The notes under the pieces were generated by a model, which was not told the origin of the DNA, did no database searches, and was given only the letters and a program-made list of their open reading frames with translations. DNA of 64,000 nt from an uncultured Candidatus Saccharibacteria bacterium (lineage in GTDB: Bacteria; Patescibacteriota; UBA1384; JAMDBS01; CAYSHH01): contig CAYSHH010000001.1 of assembly GCA_964430945.1 (NCBI GenBank), positions 82,678-146,677 on the forward strand, read 5' to 3'. Shown here piece by piece: positions 9,911-17,755 of this stretch. How positions within the stretch are numbered: position 1 is the stretch's first letter; each line of letters opens with the position of its first letter. Both the position numbers and the translations under genes were made by a program.

Positions 9911-11386
9911 TTATTGATGTATAAAAACTTGCGTTCCTACTGATGCCCATCCATACACATTTGCTGCGGCACCCACACCTAGACGTATACAACCGTGGCT
10001 TACTGGAGTTCCCAAATGTGACTCACCCTCTTTATAACCATCAGGCCATTCTGGAAGCTCATGTATACCATATCCTCCACCTATATCCATCCAATAAGGC
10101 ATATAAAGTCCGTATTTTGCTGACCATGCACGATCAGATTTACCAGAAATAGTTCTTGTACCAATAGGAGTAGGCATATCCCATTTACCAGTAGATACAC
10201 TATATGAACCAACTTCATTTTCACCTTCAAAAAGATATAATGTTTGAGTTGAAAGGTTTACTTCGATATATTTCCCATCAGCTAGACCTGGTGTACCACC
10301 TGACTTCTTATTCTGAGGTTGTACTTTTACTTCCTTTTTCTTCTCAATAGTAGTTTTCAGATTAATTAAGTTTTCATCTTTACCAGAATTAAGTGCTGAT
10401 TTTGTATCAATAAAAGCCTTTTCTTGATCAAGCACCACACCATCTGCTCCCTCTGAAATAACCTCACCATTTTCAGCGTTTACTTTAGTATCAACTGCTT
10501 TTTTATCAATTTTCGAAGCCAAATAGGCGATATATTCTCTTATGCCATCATCAGATAGCTCTGCCCTAGGTGCCGAATGCTTCTGAATAGTAAACCACTT
10601 TATCTTATTTTCAGAAGTAGGCACATATTCAATATAATTATTTTTATAAACAATTTTTTTATTAAGATAATTCTCAACATCGCCCCTTACACTTTCCAAA
10701 TCAGCAACCGTCAAATCTGCGGGCTTATTTTCAGTGATTATCGCAACTCTTTGGTAAATATTTTCCGAACTAGCATTTTTTTCAATATTATTCTTCAATA
10801 AATCAAAACCAACCACAGTACCATTTTCCTCGTCTAAGATAACGATTTCACCATTTTCAACACTCATCTCGGCATCTTTAGATTCTTTAATCTTGTCAGA
10901 GGCAAGTTCATTGATTTTTGATTCAAATTTATCTTTATCAAAATTTACAACCAATGGGATATTTTCACCTTTAAAAAGTGATTTATATACATTCTCAACA
11001 TTGGCCAAATCACTTACTTTATTTCTTCCATAATTGTAAGCAGCTTCATAAGTTGCCTCTTTGTCAAAACTTATACCCAAATCTTCGTAGCCGACTGATC
11101 TTTCACCGTCGTTTGTATTAGTGAAAACCAACCCGACACCATTCAATTTTTCTATACGCTTTTCAATAGTATTTAAGGCTTCTTCTTTGGTATATCCACC
11201 AACATCAAAACTCGCTATTTTTACACCTGGATAAACTTTATCCCTAAAACTTTCAACATAAACTAGAGTACCAACTAAAATAAGGGTTAAAAAAATAAAA
11301 ATTCCCATCAATATGGGAAGTAATATCTTCTTAGCCTTTGTTTTTGTTTTTGTTTTTTTTGTTATACCAAGTAATTTTTGCATCAT
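9911..11386 (-). CDS. L,D-transpeptidase (YkuD catalytic domain) with N-terminal TM anchor and a long linker/peptidoglycan-binding-like region
   Basis: C-terminal YkuD signature SHGCIRL. N-terminal signal/TM KKILLPILMGIFIFLTLILVG. Confidence 0.85.
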   Translation of the reverse strand: MMQKLLGITKKTKTKTKAKKILLPILMGIFIFLTLILVGTLVYVESFRDKVYPGVKIASFDVGGYTKEEALNTIEKRIEKLNGVGLVFTNTNDGERSVGYEDLGISFDKEATYEAAYNYGRNKVSDLANVENVYKSLFKGENIPLVVNFDKDKFESKINELASDKIKESKDAEMSVENGEIVILDEENGTVVGFDLLKNNIEKNASSENIYQRVAIITENKPADLTVADLESVRGDVENYLNKKIVYKNNYIEYVPTSENKIKWFTIQKHSAPRAELSDDGIREYIAYLASKIDKKAVDTKVNAENGEVISEGADGVVLDQEKAFIDTKSALNSGKDENLINLKTTIEKKKEVKVQPQNKKSGGTPGLADGKYIEVNLSTQTLYLFEGENEVGSYSVSTGKWDMPTPIGTRTISGKSDRAWSAKYGLYMPYWMDIGGGYGIHELPEWPDGYKEGESHLGTPVSHGCIRLGVGAAANVYGWASVGTQVFIHQ

Positions 11387-11573
11387 CCCACCTTGAATTT
11401 TTATTTTTGTTTAATTTTTATATTTTTATCATTTTTTTTAACATTATGCTATCATAGCACAAAAAAACGTTGAAGTCAAGGTTGGCTTATGGTAAAATAA
11501 ATTAACTTTCAAAAAATATTTCGCATTAATATATATCTATTATCTTTCATTATTAGATATTATTTATTTTTGG

Positions 11574-11649
11574 GGGTGTGTAGCTCATCGGTTAGAGCAC
11601 GACTCTTATAAAGTCGGGGTAGAGGGTTCGATTCCCTCCACACCCACCA
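11574..11649 (+). tRNA. tRNA-Ile with anticodon TAT (UAU)
   Basis: Manual cloverleaf: acceptor GGGTGTG/CACACCC, D-arm GCTC-ATCGGTTA-GAGC, anticodon stem CGACT/AGTCG with loop CTTATAA (U33, anticodon UAU, A37), T-arm GAGGG-TTCGATT-CCCTC, discriminator A, CCA encoded. Confidence 0.8.
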
Positions 11650-11652
11650 CAA

Positions 11653-11680
11653 AAAGACTCACGTGAGTTCTTTTTTTATT
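11653..11680. terminator. Bidirectional rho-independent terminator
   Basis: AAAAAGACTCACGTGAGTTCTTTTTTTAT: palindromic stem flanked by an A-run and a T-run. Sits between tRNA-Ile (+) and the convergent ATP-grasp gene (-). Confidence 0.7.
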
Positions 11681-12680
11681 TAAAACAATATTTTTCTATC
11701 ATATCAACAATTACTTTTCCGACATTATCACCTTTTCCCCTAGATGGGTATTGGTGCATATCAATACCCGGAAAAGAATTTACCTCGATTACTTTACCGA
11801 GATTACCATAATTATCTTTTGAGATATCTTCAGTCACAATATCAACACCAGCATATTTAAGACCAATCACTTTTGCAGCTTTTTCGGCTAATTTAATATA
11901 ACTTTTATGTACTTTGTCAGTAATTACTTCAGTCTCTCCGCCCTTACTTTGGTTTGAAGTTTCTTTAAGATAAATAACTTCTCCCTTTCTTGGAACCTCA
12001 TCAAGTGTATATTCATTTTTGATTAATAATTTTTTTGTCTCATCATTAATTTCAATTTTTACAAGTGGCTTTGTATATCCACTGCCTCTAAGAGGATTTT
12101 TATTTTCAATATTAATTAATTTTTTTATACTATTCTTACCATCTCCGACAACTGTTGCTGGAATTCTCATCACAGCAGAAACAAATTTCTCATCAATGAT
12201 TAATAATCTGTGATCTCTACCTCTTATATACTTTTCTACAGCTATGGTTTTATATTTTTCTAGTGCCATATCGCTTTCGTATAGTAAATCTTTAATATTT
12301 TTAATATTAACAATTACTCCTTCGCCATGAGCTAAATTTATTGGCTTAATAACGACAGGAAATTTTATTTTTTTAGCAGCTTTTTTTATCTGTTTCAAAT
12401 CAGTACAAACAATATGTTTGGGTACAGGTATTTTATTAACCTTACAAAAATAATGGGTAAATTTTTTATTATTAGAAATTAATGCATTTAATGCAAAATC
12501 AATTGGAGCATTAGAACCTTTTATTATAATACTTTTTTTATGTTTAGATATCTTAAAAAAACTATTACCAATTGGCAAAAACTCAATATGATAGCTTCTT
12601 TTTGCAAATTCAGATATAAGTAACTTGGTACCAAGTGTGATATTTTTATTCATATTTTCTGTCAAACTTTTATTGAGCAC
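11676..12680 (-). CDS. ATP-grasp ligase resembling the N-terminal ATP-grasp (G) domain of cyanophycin synthetase CphA
   Basis: 334 aa. GSGYTKP...EVN..PGIDMHQYPSRGKGDNVGKVIVDMI recalls the CphA MH..P..G..R.VG..IVD motif. ATP-grasp fold, no Mur-ligase-like domain. Confidence 0.65.
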   Translation of the reverse strand: MLNKSLTENMNKNITLGTKLLISEFAKRSYHIEFLPIGNSFFKISKHKKSIIIKGSNAPIDFALNALISNNKKFTHYFCKVNKIPVPKHIVCTDLKQIKKAAKKIKFPVVIKPINLAHGEGVIVNIKNIKDLLYESDMALEKYKTIAVEKYIRGRDHRLLIIDEKFVSAVMRIPATVVGDGKNSIKKLINIENKNPLRGSGYTKPLVKIEINDETKKLLIKNEYTLDEVPRKGEVIYLKETSNQSKGGETEVITDKVHKSYIKLAEKAAKVIGLKYAGVDIVTEDISKDNYGNLGKVIEVNSFPGIDMHQYPSRGKGDNVGKVIVDMIEKYCFK

Positions 12681-12852
12681 TTATTATATTAGTATTTCAA
12701 CTACAATCTTACACTATAATAGGTACAAATACAATTCAATTTGCAACTACAAACACAAAATTATTTGATAAATTGAGTATTTATAATAGATATTTTATTT
12801 TAAAGTTGAATTATAGTAAAATGTTCATTAGATATTATTAAAAAATTAACAC

Positions 12853-14091
12853 ATGAAAAAACTAAATATTTTCTTACTAGGCAAACCATCCATGCCTCAA
12901 ATAAACTACTTGATTAAAAACAATTATAATATATATGCAGCTGAAGATAAAAATGAAAAAAATATCTTTCCCAAAGAAGTAAAATCTATTTTCAAAATAG
13001 ATTTGTCAAACAAGGCAGAAACTATAAAAAAAATATCTAAAATCCCAAAATCACAACGGCCCGATGCTCTTCCTTCTAGATATGAAAATTATGTTCTAGC
13101 AAAAACATGGATCGGTGAATATTTTAATATTAAAGTACCTACCGAAGATGCTGTCAAGGCAGCTACAGACAAATATATTATGAGAAAAAAATTCATGAAA
13201 TATGATCCATCAATTACACCGCACTTTAAACTGGTTGATGATCTAGATGGTATAAACGATTTTATGAAAACTCATTCTTTTCCGATTATCCTAAAACCAA
13301 CAAATCTTTTCAAAAGTCTGATGGTCACAAAAAATGACAATATGGATCAGTTAAAAACCAATTATCAAAAAACAAAAAAAGTTATTGCAAAAGTCTACAA
13401 ACAATATGGCGTAACACACCAAAAACCACGCATGATTATAGAAGAGTATTTAGATGGCCCATCATACTCGGTAGAAGCTTTTGCAGACAAAAATCATAAA
13501 ATATTTACTACCCCAGTAACAGATTTGGTAATGGCTAGAGATTTAGGCATTTCGGATAATTATAATTATTCTAGAAAATTGCCATCGAAACTTTCCGAAA
13601 AAAAACAAAAACAAATTCAAGAAGTTGCAAAAAAAGGAATGCTTGCGCTCGGTCTTTATAACTCTCCTGGACATGTGGAAATTATCGATACAAAAAATGG
13701 CCCAAAAATAATAGAAATCGGAGGAAGAATAGGCGGATATAGAACCAGAATGTATATGAGCGCCTTTGGTATTGATCTTGAAAAGATAGATATTGACCTA
13801 TCACTTGGAAATACCCCCATCATTAAAATAAGTAAAAAAAATTATTGTGCTGTTTACGAACTCTTTCCCAAACAAGTAGGAAAATTTAAGGCGATCACTA
13901 ACATTGATCAACTGAAAAAGTTAAATTCATTAGCATATATTTCAATTAAGAAAAAAATTGGTGAAAAAATTGGCTTATCACAAAACGGATATAAAATGAC
14001 AGCTATAATAATTCTCACGAACAAAAACAAAAAACAATTCGAAAACGACTGTCAATTCGTAGAAAATAAAGTAAACGTCATCACAAAATAA
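12853..14091 (+). CDS. ATP-grasp domain protein (L-amino-acid ligase / carboxylate-amine ligase-like)
   Basis: 412 aa. ATP-grasp hallmarks PRMIIEEYLDGPSYSVEAF and SPGHVEIIDT...IIEIGGRIGG. Confidence 0.7.
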   Translation: MKKLNIFLLGKPSMPQINYLIKNNYNIYAAEDKNEKNIFPKEVKSIFKIDLSNKAETIKKISKIPKSQRPDALPSRYENYVLAKTWIGEYFNIKVPTEDAVKAATDKYIMRKKFMKYDPSITPHFKLVDDLDGINDFMKTHSFPIILKPTNLFKSLMVTKNDNMDQLKTNYQKTKKVIAKVYKQYGVTHQKPRMIIEEYLDGPSYSVEAFADKNHKIFTTPVTDLVMARDLGISDNYNYSRKLPSKLSEKKQKQIQEVAKKGMLALGLYNSPGHVEIIDTKNGPKIIEIGGRIGGYRTRMYMSAFGIDLEKIDIDLSLGNTPIIKISKKNYCAVYELFPKQVGKFKAITNIDQLKKLNSLAYISIKKKIGEKIGLSQNGYKMTAIIILTNKNKKQFENDCQFVENKVNVITK

Positions 14092-14094
14092 CGA

Positions 14095-16482
14095 TTATAT
14101 TTCTAATTTCTTATAAATTTTATTAACAACGCGCTTGATTCGAGATTTAAGCTTATTATCAACTCCTATTACTACTTGAGGAAATATCAAATTCATAATT
14201 TTAGTATCACTATCCTGGACTTCGACATAGGTCCCTTTTTCAGTTATAGATTCAGCAAGTATAAATTCATTAGATAATTTATCAAAATCTCGCGGCAAAA
14301 TACTTTCTTTTTTGTATTTGATGTTGCCGTGATCATCAAATTCATAGATACCAGAATCAATATGTTTATTTATATGAATTTGTTTATTGGCAGTATTGTA
14401 AAGATAAAGTACTGAATATTTTTTATTCTTACTAAGCTTATGTAAGATTTTCGATTCATTAAAATCATAGTTGATCTTAAATGATTCCAACATCTGAAAA
14501 GCCTCCATTGGAATAATATTATTTGATATTCTTATCAAATCTTCAATCACGTTTGATGATGTTTTATGAGCCTTACACCCTATCGAGTAAACCTCATTAT
14601 TTTTTAATATAAATTCCAAACTAAACAGCCCTCTATATTTACTTTGTTTAATCATTTTCATGCCAATTTTTCTAGCAGTATCTGACACCAATTGCTTCTC
14701 AGCATTGCTAAGCGTCTTAGCACCCCATATGAATCCGCATCTTTTATTTCTGTATACAGCCTTTGTATTATAAAGATCGTCAATGTCTGTCATCTGTAAT
14801 CCAACATTGCCTAAAAGCACCTTCCCTGCCGCAATACAACAGTTTATTGCCACTACCTTACCATCAATATATTTTACGATGTCTACTTCATCAATTTTTT
14901 CATGTCGATAAGTCTGATGTCGAATAAGGTTTTTTAAATTATCAAACTCACTTTTACTACGAATCGTAAAAGTATTTCTGTTAGCTTTCGCTGTATTCTT
15001 AGGACATTGCACTACAAATACATCTTTATAAATATTTTGTGCCTGGGTATAAGACAATTTTTTAAATTCACTATAAGAAAAATTTTTATATTGAGGTGCA
15101 TTAAAATTATTTTTCTCCAAAAACCGATGGAATTTAAGTTTATTCTCAAATTGTTCTTTGGTCTTTGGAGTATTAGTATAAACCAAACTTACATTTATCT
15201 GTGCAACTATACTGTCAATGATATCGTCTTTGTCGCTAATAAATAAATGGCGGTCTTTATATCTTCTAAGATAATTTTCGATTTCCGCAAAATCAATTTG
15301 TTCATTTTCATGCAAGGACGAATTGTAGTTTACAAAATCGATATCTTTTTCTTGAACAGACCTTACCTTGCAATAATTTCTAAGCATGGAAAGATCACTA
15401 GTTTTTGTATAGCTCAACACATGATATTTATCAATAAAAAAACCCGGCACTATCTTACTAAATGCCTTTTTACCCATTCCGAAAATATTAGCATCAAGAT
15501 CGGCAAAAACTTTTCTTATACCAGACATCGTACTAATTTTATATTTTCTATCGGAAGTTTTTATTTTTTTAATTTTTTTTTTAGCTCTATCAACTGTATA
15601 TTCAAGCACAATTCTTGCCGTTTTCGGATCCTTCTTTGTACCTGGATTTTTATTTATTTCAATAAAATAATATTGATTATTGTAAAACATAAAGTCTACT
15701 GCTGCAATTTCTAGTCCAACCAAATTGGCAATATCTACTGCAACATTTTGTAATTCTTTGCTGGGTTTAAAATATCCTTTTTTACCTCCAAGAGCCACAT
15801 TCGCTCGAAAGTCTTTTTTGGGAGCATGTCTTATAATACCCTTAACTACTTTATTTCCCACTACAAATAGTCTGTAATCGGTTCCACCCTCAACAGGTAA
15901 ATATTCTTGTACTACAACACTTTGACCATTAAATACCATTGAATTTATTACAGACTTGGCACTTCTTTCAGACTCAACTATAGAAACACCTGCACCACCA
16001 GCACCAAATTGACTCTTTATAATTAGTGGGTATTTTTTAAATTCCTTTATGATATCTGGTATATTTTCAACACTACTAATCATAGCAGTTTTTGGTGTAA
16101 CATATCCGTGGGCAGAAATATATTCACCCTGCCAAAATTTGTCGTTAGAAATAAGCATTCCTTTTGTATAATTAATAACTGGAATACTAGTATGATTACG
16201 AATATAATCCATGGCGTTTAAAGCCAATACAAAATCTTTAAAAGAAACATCACTATCAATTCTAGGTAAAATCACATCAACTTTGATTTTTTTTCGATTA
16301 TAGTATAAATATTTATCTTTTTCTTTTGTTCCATTCTTATTGCTGGAAAACTCAAATTGCATCTGTTTAGGATCTAGAATAATCGATTTGGCATTGTATT
16401 CTTTCTCAAATTTTGCAAAATACTCTAAGAGTGAAGCATTATCGTGTCTTTCATTAATACTTAAAATACCAATTTTTATCAT
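14095..16482 (-). CDS. Double ATP-grasp protein: N-terminal RimK-like alpha-L-glutamate ligase module fused to a second ATP-grasp-like module
   Basis: 795 aa. N-terminal 300 aa match RimK strongly (SQFGAGGAGV, DYRLFVVGNKVV, DFRANVALGG, FIEINKNPG). The C-terminal 450 aa carry a second nucleotide-binding ATP-grasp-like region (IVKYIDGKVVAINC...LFSLEF). Confidence 0.75.
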   Translation of the reverse strand: MIKIGILSINERHDNASLLEYFAKFEKEYNAKSIILDPKQMQFEFSSNKNGTKEKDKYLYYNRKKIKVDVILPRIDSDVSFKDFVLALNAMDYIRNHTSIPVINYTKGMLISNDKFWQGEYISAHGYVTPKTAMISSVENIPDIIKEFKKYPLIIKSQFGAGGAGVSIVESERSAKSVINSMVFNGQSVVVQEYLPVEGGTDYRLFVVGNKVVKGIIRHAPKKDFRANVALGGKKGYFKPSKELQNVAVDIANLVGLEIAAVDFMFYNNQYYFIEINKNPGTKKDPKTARIVLEYTVDRAKKKIKKIKTSDRKYKISTMSGIRKVFADLDANIFGMGKKAFSKIVPGFFIDKYHVLSYTKTSDLSMLRNYCKVRSVQEKDIDFVNYNSSLHENEQIDFAEIENYLRRYKDRHLFISDKDDIIDSIVAQINVSLVYTNTPKTKEQFENKLKFHRFLEKNNFNAPQYKNFSYSEFKKLSYTQAQNIYKDVFVVQCPKNTAKANRNTFTIRSKSEFDNLKNLIRHQTYRHEKIDEVDIVKYIDGKVVAINCCIAAGKVLLGNVGLQMTDIDDLYNTKAVYRNKRCGFIWGAKTLSNAEKQLVSDTARKIGMKMIKQSKYRGLFSLEFILKNNEVYSIGCKAHKTSSNVIEDLIRISNNIIPMEAFQMLESFKINYDFNESKILHKLSKNKKYSVLYLYNTANKQIHINKHIDSGIYEFDDHGNIKYKKESILPRDFDKLSNEFILAESITEKGTYVEVQDSDTKIMNLIFPQVVIGVDNKLKSRIKRVVNKIYKKLEI

Positions 16483-16557
16483 AACATTCCTCTCTACTAA
16501 ATAATTATTCTGATACCAAGTTTACAATATTTTGTTTATTTGCAACAGGTCTAATGA

Positions 16558-16586
16558 TTGACAAACCTGTTATTTTTTGCTATACT
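16558..16586 (+). promoter_or_regulatory. Sigma-70-type promoter for the CAP-domain gene
   Basis: TTGACA, 17-nt spacer, TATACT. An overlapping inverted repeat AACAGGT...ACCTGTT spans the -35 element. Confidence 0.6.
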
Positions 16587-16619
16587 ACTCTAATTTAGTA
16601 AAATTCATAAATCAATTAT

Positions 16620-17186
16620 ATGAATAATACATCAAAAAAAATAATTTCTAGCTTTACGACTATTCTCATTATACTCTATCTTTTAAGTTGTTATCAAACA
16701 ACTCTCGCTTCGTCAATATCTCCCGAAAAGCTATCCGAACTATTAAATCAAGAGCGTACAGCAAGAAATCTTGATAGTCTCAATTGGGATTCCAAACTTG
16801 AATCTGCATGCAAATCCAAAGCTGATCATATGATCGATCATAATTATTTTGAACACTATGCGCCAGATGGTACTTCGCCATGGTTTTTTATTAATAATGC
16901 AAATTACTTATATAAGTTCGCTGGTGAAAATTTAGCTATTGACTTTACAACCTCAGAAGCTATAAATGATGCATGGATGGCAAGTCCAACACACAGAGAA
17001 AATATACTGGATCCCAAATACAAAGATTTTGCTATTTGCACAAAAAAAGGAAAAATTGATAATGAGGATACCACTGTTGTGGTCGAAATTTTTGGCGCTA
17101 AGGATAACCCAGTACTTGCCAAAACAAATAGACTTGTCGCATCAATATTAAATTATCTTCTTGGAAAATCCACTGAAATAAAATAA
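16620..17186 (+). CDS. Secreted CAP (SCP/PR-1, YkwD-like) domain protein
   Basis: 188 aa. Signal peptide, then CAP motifs HYAPDG, GENLA, WMASPTHRENIL. Confidence 0.75.
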   Translation: MNNTSKKIISSFTTILIILYLLSCYQTTLASSISPEKLSELLNQERTARNLDSLNWDSKLESACKSKADHMIDHNYFEHYAPDGTSPWFFINNANYLYKFAGENLAIDFTTSEAINDAWMASPTHRENILDPKYKDFAICTKKGKIDNEDTTVVVEIFGAKDNPVLAKTNRLVASILNYLLGKSTEIK

Positions 17187-17223
17187 TAAATCCTAATTAC
17201 ACAAATCGTTTATCTTATCCACT

Positions 17224-17256
17224 AAAAAATACCTTGACCAATAAGGTATTTTTTAT
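17224..17256. terminator. Bidirectional rho-independent terminator after the CAP gene
   Basis: AAAAAATACCTTgaccaatAAGGTATTTTTT: 12-bp stem, 7-nt loop. Confidence 0.75.
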
Positions 17257-17755
17257 ATCAGATAACACTTATCTTACACGTTCGTCGTATGTATATCTTA
17301 TCCACAACAACGCACGTCAACTGTATATTGACATACACAATATATGTTTCTAATCTAGAAATAGTCTTTATGGCATACTTAATAAGTAGACCATTTCGAA
17401 ATTTGTTCTTAGGTCACAAGCTTAGGAATCATGCAAATTTTTGAAACGATCTATTCTACAAGCGCTATGATGACACGAAAGAAATTAGACTACACTATTT
17501 AAAATTGTAGGCAAAAACAAACTTGTATATTTATCAAGTAGTATTTTTATTGTTGTATAAAATATATCATTTACAGGTTAACGCCTATAAATGAGAACTC
17601 TTTAAAAGAATCTAAATTTCATGCGATCTCGTAAAGGAGGTGGATCGTAAATTTTTTAGTTTCTCGAATTTATAAATACAACAACAAACAAAATTAATTA
17701 TTATTTTTCACAAAAAAAATTATCAAAAATTATTTGTGAAAATGGAGGAAAAACA

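Noticed and set aside
12705-12720. A second SP6-like ACACTATA match upstream of the 412-aa ATP-grasp gene
   Set aside because: Only 8 nt are shared, and the match breaks at the critical TATAG-G junction (here TATAATAGG). Most likely AT-rich background.
12681-12852. Possible graspetide (microviridin-like) precursor peptide between the divergent ATP-grasp genes
   Set aside because: Scanning both strands found no ORF longer than about 6 codons with a plausible start. The region looks like promoter DNA. The same was true of 16483-16619.
15007-15714. Two plus-strand ORFs (79 and 155 aa) inside the 795-aa double ATP-grasp gene
   Set aside because: Both are antisense to a well-supported RimK-like coding region and are Ile/Phe-rich low-complexity translations.
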